The position numbers and the translations under genes were made by a program. Below are positions 17,142 to 26,583 of a stretch of 64,000 nucleotides of DNA, piece by piece. Source of the DNA: Alphaproteobacteria bacterium (GTDB taxonomy: Bacteria; Pseudomonadota; Alphaproteobacteria; UBA828); the NCBI GenBank assembly GCA_965220745.1, contig CBDCQT010000005.1:160001-224000 (forward strand), given 5' to 3'. Each line of letters starts with the position of its first letter. The stretch's first letter is position 1. The notes beneath the pieces are model-generated. The model did no database searches. It was not told the DNA's origin and worked only from the letters and a program-made list of their open reading frames with translations.

Positions 17142-18812
17142 CTACCCCTCGCTCTGAGCGCCCGGCAGATCGTCCTCCGGTAGCGCCTGGGTGCCCGAGT
17201 CGGTCGCGCGAGGAAAGCCGGCGACGACCGCCTCGGCCGCGATGGCGCGGGCGGCGGCGGGAACCGCGGTGCGGAGCGCCATGCGCACCACCTTCGTCGG
17301 GTCCACGATCCCCGCACGGGAGAGGTCGCAATACCGTTGCCGGTCCGCGTCGAAGCCCCAGCGCGGGTTGTCCTGCGCCAGCGCGCGGGCGATGGCGTAG
17401 GAGCCCTCGCCGCCGGCGTTCTCAACGATCCGCCGCATTGGCGCCTTGAGCGCGGCCTCCAGCGCGCCCACGCCCATGGCCTCGTCGGCGGTGCAGCCGG
17501 GGCGGACGGCGCCGAGCGCGCGCGCCGCCTGTAGCAGGGCCACGCCGCCGCCGGGCACCACGCCGTCCGACGCCGCCGCGCGCGCCGCGTTGAGCGCGTC
17601 GGTGGCGCGCTCCTTGCGGGCGCGAAGCTCGGCTTGGGTCGCACCGCCCAGGCGCAGGTGCGCGATGCCGGCGGCGAGGCGGGCGAGGCGCTCCTGCAGC
17701 TTCTCGCGGTCGAAGCTCAGGTATTTCTCCGCCTCGGCCTCGCGGCGCAGCATGGTGCAGCGCTGCGCGATCTCCTGCGCATCGCCGGCGCCTTCCACGA
17801 TGGTGGTGCGGTCGCGGGCGACGTGCACGCGCTTCGCCGCGCCCATCATCGCGGGCTTCAGGTTCTCCAGCTTGTTGCCGAGCTCGTCGGTGACGATCTG
17901 GCCGCCGGTCGCGACCGCGATGTCCTCCAGCATCGGCTTGCGCCAGCGGCCGAAGCCCGGCGCCTTGACCGCGGCGACGCGGAGCCCGCCCTGCTGCTTG
18001 TTCACGGTGAGCGTCGCCAGCGCCTCGCCGACCACGTCCTCGGCGACGACGAGCAGCGCATGCGCCGACTTCGCGAAGGCGCGGAGCGCGGGCACGATGG
18101 CGTCGACGCTGGAGATGGTCCGCTCGTGCATGAGCACGTAGACGTCCTCCAGCGTCACCGTCATGTCATCCGGGTCGGTGACGAAGGCGGTGGACACGTA
18201 GCCCTTGTCGAAGCTCATGCCCTGGTGCACCGAAAGCTCGCTCTCGATGCCCCTGGCCTCCTCGATGGTCACCACGCCGTCCGGGCCGACCTGCACGATG
18301 GCGTCTGCGAGGTGCCGGGCGATCTCGTCGTCGCCGCCCGACGCGAGCCGGGCCACGCGCTCAAGGCCGCCGCGCGCGGGCAGCGGGCGGGACTGCGCTT
18401 CGAGGGCTGCGGTGACGGCGGCAAGCCCGCGCTCGATTCCGCGCATCACGCTCATGGGATCGGCGCCCGCCACGGTGGCGCGGTGCCCCTCCGCCATCAG
18501 CGCGGCGGCGAGCACCATCGCGGTGGTGGAACCGTCGCCCACCTCGTCGGTCACCTTCGAGCCCACGTGGCGGATCAGGCGGCCGCCGATGTCCTCGAAG
18601 CGGTCCTCGAGGTCGATGTGGCGCGCGACGGTGTAGCCGTCGGTCGAGACCCAGGGCTGGGCGTGGCAGCGCTCGATCAGCACCGCGCGCCCGCCGGGGC
18701 CGAGGGTGGTGCCGACGATGTGGCCGACGGTGGCAGCACCCCGCAGCAGCGCGGCCTTGGCCTCAGGCCCGGTGCCGATGCGCTTCGGCCCCGGAATGCC
18801 GCCGATCATCAT
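17142..18812 (-). CDS. Divergent GroEL-like chaperonin (Cpn60 paralogue)
   Basis: TLGPGGR, GDGSTTA, GMSFDKGY, AVKAPGFG, EKLQERLARL, GVVPGGG, GIVDPTKV; no GGM tail and no adjacent groES. Confidence 0.9.
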   Translation of the reverse strand: MMIGGIPGPKRIGTGPEAKAALLRGAATVGHIVGTTLGPGGRAVLIERCHAQPWVSTDGYTVARHIDLEDRFEDIGGRLIRHVGSKVTDEVGDGSTTAMVLAAALMAEGHRATVAGADPMSVMRGIERGLAAVTAALEAQSRPLPARGGLERVARLASGGDDEIARHLADAIVQVGPDGVVTIEEARGIESELSVHQGMSFDKGYVSTAFVTDPDDMTVTLEDVYVLMHERTISSVDAIVPALRAFAKSAHALLVVAEDVVGEALATLTVNKQQGGLRVAAVKAPGFGRWRKPMLEDIAVATGGQIVTDELGNKLENLKPAMMGAAKRVHVARDRTTIVEGAGDAQEIAQRCTMLRREAEAEKYLSFDREKLQERLARLAAGIAHLRLGGATQAELRARKERATDALNAARAAASDGVVPGGGVALLQAARALGAVRPGCTADEAMGVGALEAALKAPMRRIVENAGGEGSYAIARALAQDNPRWGFDADRQRYCDLSRAGIVDPTKVVRMALRTAVPAAARAIAAEAVVAGFPRATDSGTQALPEDDLPGAQSEG

Positions 18813-18875
18813 GGCGCGCGCGCTCGCTGCGGCCGGCCGCTACCGGGAACCCGTGCGGCGTGTGCGGCCTGCGGC

Positions 18876-19820
18876 TCAGCCCTCGTAGTCGATCGGGGTG
18901 GCTTCGCGGTCGTCCTCGTGCCGCACCCAGTAGAGCTCGCGCAGCCGCTCGGTCACCGGGCCGGTGGCGCCGTCGCCCACCGGCTCGTGGTCGATCTTGG
19001 TGACCGGCAGGATGCCGCCCGCCGTGCTGGTGACGAAGACCTCGTCCGCGCCGCGCAAATCGTCCGGCGAGACCGCGCCGACCTCGCCCTTGACGTTGAG
19101 CTCGCCGAGCAGGTCGAGCGCGGTGCGCCGGGTGATGCCCTCCAGGCAGGTGCCGCCCGGCGTGGTCGCGGTGCCGCCCTTCACGGCGAAGACGTTGAAG
19201 CCCGGCCCCTCGGCGATGTTGCCGTCGAGGTCCACCACCACCGGCATGTCGCAGCCCCGCTCGTAGCTCTCGAACAGCGCGCGGATCATGTCGCCCCAGT
19301 GGAAGTTCTTGGCGGTGGGGTCGACCGAGCCCGGCGGGATGCGCAGGTAGGAGCTCAGGTGCAGGTCGATGCCGCGCGCGCGCATCTCTTCGTCGGCGAT
19401 CCAGACGAAGGGGATGGCGAAGGCGATGAAACGGTTCTCGCAGGCGCGGGGGTCGCGGGTGCCCTTGGGCGGCATGCCGCGGGTGCAGAGCACCTCCACG
19501 TAGGCGTCGCGCAGCTGGCTGAGGCGCATGAGCCGCATCAGGATCGCCACCACCTCGTCGCGGGCGTGGGGGATGGACATGCGGACGCTGGCGAGGCTCT
19601 TCTCGAAACGGTCGAGATGGTGATCGAGGCGGAAGAACTTGCCGTCCCAGACGTGGACCACGTCGTAGGTGACGTCGGAGCGGGTGAAGCCCCAGTCGAG
19701 GATCGGTATCCGCGCCTCGGCGATCGGCACGTAGGCGCCCTCGATGAAGGCGGCGCCGTCGGCAAAGCGGTTCTCCAGTCGCACCACGCCGTCGGCCGTC
19801 GCTTCCGTGACCCGTGTCAT
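18876..19820 (-). CDS. PLP fold-type IV aminotransferase, (R)-selective amine transaminase-like
   Basis: GFTRSDVTYDVVHVWDG, FRLDHHLDR, VDPTAKNFHWGD, EGPGFN, LEGITR, TSTAGG; ATG 19820 with GGAG upstream. Confidence 0.85.
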   Translation of the reverse strand: MTRVTEATADGVVRLENRFADGAAFIEGAYVPIAEARIPILDWGFTRSDVTYDVVHVWDGKFFRLDHHLDRFEKSLASVRMSIPHARDEVVAILMRLMRLSQLRDAYVEVLCTRGMPPKGTRDPRACENRFIAFAIPFVWIADEEMRARGIDLHLSSYLRIPPGSVDPTAKNFHWGDMIRALFESYERGCDMPVVVDLDGNIAEGPGFNVFAVKGGTATTPGGTCLEGITRRTALDLLGELNVKGEVGAVSPDDLRGADEVFVTSTAGGILPVTKIDHEPVGDGATGPVTERLRELYWVRHEDDREATPIDYEG

Positions 19821-19904
19821 CAGCGGTCTCCCCGGTTCGCACATCCAGATCGGGCGACAGTGTGCCGCATCGCGCCGACTAGCGCGACCGTCGGCAGGCG
19901 ATCT

Positions 19905-20744
19905 CTACACCGGCACCGTTCCCTCGATGAGAATGCGGAGCAGCCGGCGCGGGTGGTCGCCCTCGTGGGGCGAGGCCTTGTGCATCGTGCAGCGATTGTC
20001 CCAGATCACGATGTCGTCCGGTTGCCATGCGTGGACATGGACGAACGCCGGCTGCGTGGCGTGCTCTATGAGCTTGTCGAGGAGGGCGTCGCCGTCCGCG
20101 AGCGGCAGGTCCGCGATCCGATCGATGCGGTTGGGGTTGATGTAGAGCGCCTCGCGGCCGGTCTCCGGGTGCGTGCGCACCAGCGGATGCGTCACCGGCG
20201 GGGTGCGTGCCTCCTCCTCAGGCGTGCGCTCGGGCACCGGCGAGCGGTTGCGCCGCGCCTGATACATATGCACGGCCCTGAGCCCTGCGATGCGGGTCTT
20301 GGTCTCGTCCGGTAATGCCTCGTAGGTCAGGTGCATGTTGGTGAACGACGTATCGCCGCCCTTGGGCGGCACAATCTCGCCATAGAGCATCGTGGCAGCA
20401 CACGGCACGGCCATGTAGGAGTCGTCAGTGTGCCACTGGCCGCCAAAGATCGCCGCCTTGCCGGTGGCGGTGCTGATCCCTTGGCGGCGCTCGATCAGCG
20501 AAATCTCGGGGTACTCCGTGTCGCGCAGAACGCCCATCAGCTCCCGCTGGGGGGTGCCAAAGATTCGGGCGAGGCGCAGGAACGTCTCGGACGTCGCCGT
20601 GCCGTTGCGGATGCAGAGCATCGGGCTCGCCCGGAAGGCGCGGCGCAGCGCCTCGCATTCCTCGGGCGCCGGCGACTCGAGATTGAACCCGGTCACCACA
20701 GCACCCAGCCCTGCCTTGCCGGGGTCCGTCACGGCTATGCTCAC
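19905..20744 (-). CDS. TauD/TfdA family Fe(II)/2-oxoglutarate dioxygenase
   Basis: WHTD (HxD), GGDT.F, HPLVRTHPETGR, WDNRCTMH. Start estimated at GTG 20744; the ORF track extends to 20942. Confidence 0.88.
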   Translation of the reverse strand: MSIAVTDPGKAGLGAVVTGFNLESPAPEECEALRRAFRASPMLCIRNGTATSETFLRLARIFGTPQRELMGVLRDTEYPEISLIERRQGISTATGKAAIFGGQWHTDDSYMAVPCAATMLYGEIVPPKGGDTSFTNMHLTYEALPDETKTRIAGLRAVHMYQARRNRSPVPERTPEEEARTPPVTHPLVRTHPETGREALYINPNRIDRIADLPLADGDALLDKLIEHATQPAFVHVHAWQPDDIVIWDNRCTMHKASPHEGDHPRRLLRILIEGTVPV

Positions 20745-20993
20745 CGCGCGCCTCGTCCGTTGCCGCCGCCCGCTTGTGCCTCGTCCTTGGGACGCTTGCA
20801 TATCGCCCCGACTCGGGCAAACGACGGCGGCATGGCGCGGCCGAGAGCGCCGGTTTTCGCGCCGAAGCGTGGGAGCGGAAATCGAAATCCGGCACCAATT
20901 GTAACGAAGCCGCGATCCGCTTGGCATATGCGTTGCCCGCACATGGATTTGGGCCTATGTTTCGGGCGCTTTTCTGGCCAGGAGTACGAATCC

Positions 20994-21554
20994 ATGGTTC
21001 CGAGGAAGTTGGTGAGTGCGCTCGCCAAGACGGGCGCGCTCGGGCTCGTCTTGATCGCGTTGGCCGGCTGCCCGCCCATGCAACAGGGCGGCGAAGGCGG
21101 CGAGGCCGGCGGCGGCGACATGCTGATGTCGATCCTGCCGCTCATTCTGATTTTCGTGGTGTTCTACTTCCTGCTGATTCGCCCGCAGCAGAGGAAGCAG
21201 AAGGCCCACCGCGAAATGCTGCAGAACGTGAACCGGGGCGACGACATCGTCACCAACGGCGGCTTGGTCGGGAACGTCGTCAAGGTCGGCCGCGGCGACA
21301 GCGTTCTCGTGGAGATCGCGCCCGACGTCAGGGTCCGGGTCATGCGCAACATGATCTCGCAGATCATGCCGCGCCATGAACAGTACGAGGAAGACGACGA
21401 GGACGAAGACGAAGAGGACGAGCGCGAGGACGAGACCCTCGAGGACGAGGTCGACGACGAAGACGAGGACGAGGACTACGAGGACCTCGACGAGGAAGAC
21501 GAAGACGAGGAGGAAGAGGAGGAGGACGACAGGCGGAGAAGGCGCAGGCGCTGA
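20994..21554 (+). CDS. yajC: Preprotein translocase subunit YajC with lipoprotein-like signal and acidic tail
   Basis: FYFLLIRPQQ...GDDIVTNGGLVG; AGGAG before ATG 20994; directly upstream of secD. Confidence 0.92.
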   Translation: MVPRKLVSALAKTGALGLVLIALAGCPPMQQGGEGGEAGGGDMLMSILPLILIFVVFYFLLIRPQQRKQKAHREMLQNVNRGDDIVTNGGLVGNVVKVGRGDSVLVEIAPDVRVRVMRNMISQIMPRHEQYEEDDEDEDEEDEREDETLEDEVDDEDEDEDYEDLDEEDEDEEEEEEDDRRRRRRR

Positions 21555-21581
21555 TCGGGCCGTTCCTCTCCCGTATAGCCG

Positions 21582-23159
21582 ATGCTCCGTACCCGTCTCT
21601 GGCAAGTCGCTGTCGTCGCGGTGATCATCGCCGCGGCGATCGTTTTCGCCGTGCCCAACCTGTTCAGCCGCGTTTCGCTCGAGAGCTATCCCACGTGGCT
21701 GCCTTCGAGCCAGGTCAACCTCGGCCTCGATCTCCAGGGCGGCTCTCATCTTCTGCTCGAGGTGCAGGTCGCCGACATCCTGCGCGAGCGGATCACAACC
21801 CTGGTCGATGACACGCGCGTGGAGCTCAGGCGCAACGGCATCAAGTACACCGGGCTGAAGGCGGCGCGGGACCGCGTCGTCTTCCAGCTCATCGACCCCG
21901 CCCAGATCGACGCGGCGGCCGAGGCGGTGGAAGATCTCGACCCCGAGGCCGAGATCGACAACGACTCCGGCGGGGCCTTCCAGATCGTGCTCACCGAGGA
22001 GGCGGTGGAGGGCCGCCGTCTCGCGGCGGTGAACCAGTCAATCGAGATCATCCGCCGCCGCATCGACGAGACCGGCGTGCGGGAGCCCACCATCCAGCGC
22101 CAGGGCGAGGACCGCATCCTCGTCCAGCTGCCCGGCGTGGACGATCCCGAGCGCATCAAGCGCTTGCTGGGCCGGACGGCGAAGCTCACCTTCCATCTGC
22201 TCGACGAAAACGTGACCGCGCAGGACCGGCGCTCAGGCCGCGTGCCGCTAGGCTCGCTGCGCCTGCCCAGCGACGAGGTGGGCGAGGATGGCGAAGAGAC
22301 ATTTTACATCATCCGCAAGCGAGTCATGGTGAGCGGCGATTCGTTGGTCGATGCAGCGACCACGCGCGACCAGACTGGGCAGTGGGCGGTGAGCTTCCGC
22401 TTCGATTCCACCGGGGCGCGGAAGTTCGGCGACGTGACCACCGAGAATGTCGGCAGGCCCTTCGCCATCGTGCTGGACGGCCGGGTCATCAGCGCGCCGG
22501 TGATCCGCGAGCCCATCGTCGGCGGCAACGGGCAGATCACCGGCAACTTCACCGTCGAGGAGGCCAACGACCTCTCGCTGCTGCTGCGCGCAGGTGCGCT
22601 GCCTGCGCCGATGAAGATTCTGGAGGAGCGCACGGTCGGGCCCGATCTCGGCGCCGATTCCATCGAGGCCGGCAAGATCGCCTGCATCATCGGCCTCGCG
22701 GCGGTGATCGTGTTCATGGTGCTCTACTACGGCCTGTTCGGCCTGGTCGCGGATCTCGCGCTGATCCTCAACCTGATCATCATGCTGGGTGTGCTGTCGT
22801 TGCTGCAGGCGACGCTGACGCTGCCCGGCATCGCCGGCATCGTGCTCACCATCGGCATGGCGGTGGACGCCAACGTGCTGATCTTCGAGCGAATACGCGA
22901 GGAGGCGAAAGCGGGCCGGGCGCCGTTCTCGGCCATGGAGGCCGGCTATCGCCGTGCCTTCACCACGATCATCGACTCCAACCTGACGACGCTGATCGCC
23001 GCCATCATCCTCTTTATCATCGGCACTGGGCCGGTGAAGGGCTTCGCCGTCACGCTCGGAATCGGGATCGCCACCTCCATGTTCACCGCCATGCTGGTGA
23101 GCCGGATCATCCTGGTCGCCTGGCTGCGCCAGCGGCGGCCCGCAGCGCTGCCGCTTTAG
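21582..23159 (+). CDS. secD: Protein translocase subunit SecD
   Basis: LGLDLQGG, RILVQLPG, LLRAGALP, VGPDLG, GMAVDANVLIFERIREE. Confidence 0.97.
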   Translation: MLRTRLWQVAVVAVIIAAAIVFAVPNLFSRVSLESYPTWLPSSQVNLGLDLQGGSHLLLEVQVADILRERITTLVDDTRVELRRNGIKYTGLKAARDRVVFQLIDPAQIDAAAEAVEDLDPEAEIDNDSGGAFQIVLTEEAVEGRRLAAVNQSIEIIRRRIDETGVREPTIQRQGEDRILVQLPGVDDPERIKRLLGRTAKLTFHLLDENVTAQDRRSGRVPLGSLRLPSDEVGEDGEETFYIIRKRVMVSGDSLVDAATTRDQTGQWAVSFRFDSTGARKFGDVTTENVGRPFAIVLDGRVISAPVIREPIVGGNGQITGNFTVEEANDLSLLLRAGALPAPMKILEERTVGPDLGADSIEAGKIACIIGLAAVIVFMVLYYGLFGLVADLALILNLIIMLGVLSLLQATLTLPGIAGIVLTIGMAVDANVLIFERIREEAKAGRAPFSAMEAGYRRAFTTIIDSNLTTLIAAIILFIIGTGPVKGFAVTLGIGIATSMFTAMLVSRIILVAWLRQRRPAALPL

Positions 23160-23168
23160 GCTCGTATC

Positions 23169-24359
23169 ATGTGGCGTTTCCGGCTCATCCCCGACAACAC
23201 GAAGGTGCCGTTCCTGCGGCTGCGCCGCACCTTCTTCATCGTGTCGATCACGCTTGCGGTGCTTTCGGTCGCGGTCCTGCTGGGCCGTGGGCTCAACTTC
23301 GGGATCGACTTCGCCGGCGGCATCCTGATCGAGGTGGGCACCGAGCGTGAAGCCGATATCGGGCAGATGCGGAGCGCGCTCACCGGCCTCGGCCTCGGCG
23401 AGATCGCGCTGCAGGAGTTCGGCTCGCCCAACGAAGTCTTGATCCGCATCGAACGCCAGCCGGGCGACGCGGGCGCCCAGCAGGTGGCCGTCACCGCCGT
23501 GCGCGAGGCCCTGAGCGCGAACTACAGCGATACGCTGAGCTACCGCCGGGTCGAGACGGTGGGGCCCAAGGTCGGCGGCGAGCTGATCCAGGCCGGCATC
23601 ATCGCGGTGGTGGTCTCCGTCTTCCTGATGCTGGTCTATATCTGGTTCCGGTTCGAGCTGCCGTTCGCCATCGGCGCGGTGATCGCGCTGCTCCACGACG
23701 TGCTGCTTTCGCTCGGAATCTTTGCGGCACTCGGGTTGGAATTCAATTTGCCCATCGTCGCCGCGATTCTGCTCATCGTCGGCTACTCGATGAACGACAC
23801 CGTGGTCGTGTACGACCGCGTGCGCGAGAATTTGCGCAAATACAAGACGCTGCCGCTTCTGGAGCTGCTCAACAAGAGTGTCAACGAGACTCTCGCGCGC
23901 ACCGTCATCACCTCGGCGACGACAATGCTCGCCCTGCTTGCCCTGCTCATCTTCGGCGGTGCTGTCATCCGCGATTTCAGCTTCGCGATGATCTGGGGCG
24001 TGATCGTCGGCACCTATTCGTCGATCTTCATTGCAGGCGCGCTCCTGCTCTACGTGCAGCCGCAGCGGGGCGGCCAGAAGAAGACCGTGGGTCAGGCCGA
24101 GCGAACCGCCGCCCTCGACGAGGACCTGCCGCCTGCACGGTTTGCAGCCGAGCCCGAGCCCGCGGCCGCCCTTCCGGAGCCGGAAGCGCCGGTGGCCAAC
24201 GTGGCCGACATCGCCCGGGCCGCCGACGCGGCCGAGGCGGCCCTCGCCCAGGAGGGCGAGGAGGGGCCCGAGCCCGAGCCCACCGGCTCGCGCAGGCAGC
24301 GCCGCGCGAGCTCCGCGCGGGAGCGCAAGCGCCGACGACGCAAGCGCGGCAAGCGCTAA
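23169..24359 (+). CDS. secF: Protein translocase subunit SecF
   Basis: GIDFAGG, VGPKVGGEL, GYSMNDTVVVYDRVREN, GTYSSIFIA. Confidence 0.97.
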   Translation: MWRFRLIPDNTKVPFLRLRRTFFIVSITLAVLSVAVLLGRGLNFGIDFAGGILIEVGTEREADIGQMRSALTGLGLGEIALQEFGSPNEVLIRIERQPGDAGAQQVAVTAVREALSANYSDTLSYRRVETVGPKVGGELIQAGIIAVVVSVFLMLVYIWFRFELPFAIGAVIALLHDVLLSLGIFAALGLEFNLPIVAAILLIVGYSMNDTVVVYDRVRENLRKYKTLPLLELLNKSVNETLARTVITSATTMLALLALLIFGGAVIRDFSFAMIWGVIVGTYSSIFIAGALLLYVQPQRGGQKKTVGQAERTAALDEDLPPARFAAEPEPAAALPEPEAPVANVADIARAADAAEAALAQEGEEGPEPEPTGSRRQRRASSARERKRRRRKRGKR

Positions 24360-24368
24360 GAGCGCACC

Positions 24369-24752
24369 GTGGATATCACGCCGCTCGTCCCCGAAGGCCG
24401 GCAGATCATCGAGAGCTACGGCGACGACGGCTTCAGGATTAGCGGCGAGCGTTATCCGGGCCCGGTCATCGTCTGGCCCGAGGGCGTGGTTCCCTGGCGG
24501 GTCTCGGGTATCGCGTCGGCCGCGATCGAGACGCTCGATGCCGTGTTCTCCGCCGAGCCCCCGGTCGAGATTCTGCTGATCGGCAGCGGTGCCGCGTTCG
24601 AGATGGCGCCGGCGCCGCTGCGCGCGGCGCTCGGCAAGCGCGGCCTCTCCGTCGAGAGCATGGACACCGGCGCCGCCTGCCGCACCTACAACGTGCTGAT
24701 GGCCGAGGACCGGCGCGTCGCCGCTGCCCTCATCCCCGCTCGAGGCGGCTGA
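24369..24752 (+). CDS. Mth938-like domain protein (NDUFAF3 homologue)
   Basis: EILLIGSG...MDTGAACRTYNVLMAEDRRVAAAL; usual position after secF in Alphaproteobacteria. Confidence 0.9.
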   Translation: MDITPLVPEGRQIIESYGDDGFRISGERYPGPVIVWPEGVVPWRVSGIASAAIETLDAVFSAEPPVEILLIGSGAAFEMAPAPLRAALGKRGLSVESMDTGAACRTYNVLMAEDRRVAAALIPARGG

Positions 24753-24774
24753 CCGCTCCTTCCCGCCGAAGCCC

Positions 24775-25368
24775 TCAACTCAGCGGGATGTCGCTGTCGT
24801 CCTTCGACCCCTGGTACGCTGACGAGAGCTCGTTGTAGAGCGTGCGAAGGTGGGAGATTTGGTCCTTTAGGTCCCTGCTTTCGCTGCCGATCAGGTCGTC
24901 GACGGACCGGCATCGCCAGAACGCGTTCTCGCGGGCGTAGTCGCCGTTCTCGATGCGGAAGACCTCGCTCAGAATCCGCAGGTCATGGGGGATGTTGAAG
25001 GCGTCGCGCGTGTCCACGTAGCCGAAGAGGTAGTGGAAGTTGTCGAACCCGGCCCAGGTGATCGCGGAGAGGCACAGCGAGCAGGGCTCGTGGGTCGAGA
25101 GGAACAGGCAATCCTCGGGCGCAGGCCGCTCCGCCCCGGCCAGCGCGAAGAACGCGTTGAGCGTCGAGATTTCGCCGTGGAACAGCGGGTTCTCGGTCTC
25201 GCGGTTGGTTGCGGCGATGACCAGCGACAGGTCCGACTTGCGGAGGATCGCGCCGCCGAACACCTTGTCGCCACGCGCAACGCCCGCCCGAGTCAGCGGA
25301 ACGATGTCGTGCTCGATCACGTCCAGGAAGCGGGTGGCCAGCGCGTGGGCCGAATGTGTCACGGTCAA
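24775..25368 (-). CDS. Cytidine deaminase-fold nucleoside/nucleobase deaminase (guanine deaminase-like)
   Basis: HGE and HEPCSLC zinc motifs. Start TTG 25368 (overlaps upstream stop) or GTG 25362; the longer ORF-track call overlaps the neighbour. Confidence 0.85.
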   Translation of the reverse strand: MTVTHSAHALATRFLDVIEHDIVPLTRAGVARGDKVFGGAILRKSDLSLVIAATNRETENPLFHGEISTLNAFFALAGAERPAPEDCLFLSTHEPCSLCLSAITWAGFDNFHYLFGYVDTRDAFNIPHDLRILSEVFRIENGDYARENAFWRCRSVDDLIGSESRDLKDQISHLRTLYNELSSAYQGSKDDSDIPLS

Positions 25369-26387
25369 GCTCCCGCCTCTGACGCCGCATAGCCCTCCAG
25401 TCGGCTGAGCAGGGCACGCTGCTCCTCCGCCGGCAGCCAGCTTGCCTCGAAGGCGTTGGCGGCGAGCCGGACGACCTGATCCCGGCTCAGATCGGCCTCC
25501 TCCTGGGTCGCGACCAGATTCTCGTGGATGTAACCCAGGAAGTATGCGGGATCGTCGGAGTTGACGGTCGCGCGCATGCCCTTCTCCAGCATGCGCCGAA
25601 CCTCCAGGGCCTTGAGGCTGCCGGTGATGCACTTGTTGGAGATCGGGCAGACCGTGAGTGCCAGGCCCCTGCGCACTATCTCGTCGCAGAGCGCCTCGTC
25701 CTCCAGCGAGTTGACGCCGTGGTCGATCCTGTCGACCCCGATGTCGTCGAGGGTCTGCCAGAGGTGCAGGGTCGAGTTCTCCTGATCCACGTCGCAGTGC
25801 ATGGTGAGCCGGTAGCCCTCGGCACGCGCCCGGGCGAACACCGCCTTGAACTTCACCGGCGGATTGCCCTTCTCGTCGGAGTCGAGGCCGACGCCGACGA
25901 TCCAGTCCCTGTAGGGCAGGGATTGCTCCAGCGTCGCCATCGCGGACTCGGCGCTCATATCCCGCAGGAAGCACATGATGAGCTGGGTGCGAATGCCGAG
26001 CTTGTCCTGCGCATCCACCTGCGCCCGACGGATTCCGCGGATCACGGTGTCGTAGTCGATGCCGCGCGCGGTGTGGGCCTGGGGGTCGAAGAACATCTCG
26101 GCATAGATCACGCCTTGGGAATGCGCTTTGGTCAGGTAGGCGGTCGCCAGATCGTAGAAGTCCTGCTCGGTCACCAGGACGCCCATGCCCTCGTAGTACA
26201 TCTTGAGGAACGACGGCAGATCGTCGAAGTCGTAGGCGGCCCGCATCTCCTCGACCGATTCGTAAGGCAGCTCGATGCCGTTGCGGCGGGCGAGGTCGAA
26301 CTTCAGCTCCGGCTCCAGCGTCCCCTCCACGTGGACGTGCAGCTCGGCCTTAGGCATGCCTTCGATGAAGCGTCTCATGTCCGTCAT
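25365..26387 (-). CDS. add: Adenosine/adenine deaminase family amidohydrolase
   Basis: PKAELHVHVEG, FFDPQAH, RIDHG, LTVCPISN, NSDDPAYF. Confidence 0.9.
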   Translation of the reverse strand: MTDMRRFIEGMPKAELHVHVEGTLEPELKFDLARRNGIELPYESVEEMRAAYDFDDLPSFLKMYYEGMGVLVTEQDFYDLATAYLTKAHSQGVIYAEMFFDPQAHTARGIDYDTVIRGIRRAQVDAQDKLGIRTQLIMCFLRDMSAESAMATLEQSLPYRDWIVGVGLDSDEKGNPPVKFKAVFARARAEGYRLTMHCDVDQENSTLHLWQTLDDIGVDRIDHGVNSLEDEALCDEIVRRGLALTVCPISNKCITGSLKALEVRRMLEKGMRATVNSDDPAYFLGYIHENLVATQEEADLSRDQVVRLAANAFEASWLPAEEQRALLSRLEGYAASEAGA

Positions 26388-26583
26388 GACGTCAAGCCCA
26401 TGGTTCGGCGTGGAATAATTGCCCCTCGGATACGCCAGAAATCAACAGGTTGCCACAGCGATCTGCGCCCAGCCAGCGCGCCCAACGACCAACCGAGCCA
26501 TGAGGTGGCGCCGACAATTGCAACCGCCCGTTCACGCACTATGCTAGAGACTTGCGATTCGGAATTGCAGGGGGGCACCAGAA

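Noticed and set aside
17634-20315. 893-aa plus-strand ORF and many other long overlapping ORFs (e.g. 31521..33824, 55406..57274, 57707..59188)
   Set aside because: Antisense or alternate-frame shadows of recognisable genes in high-GC DNA; no family motifs.
21376-21551. GAG/GAC-rich low-complexity tract as a DNA repeat element
   Set aside because: Explained by the Asp/Glu tail of YajC.
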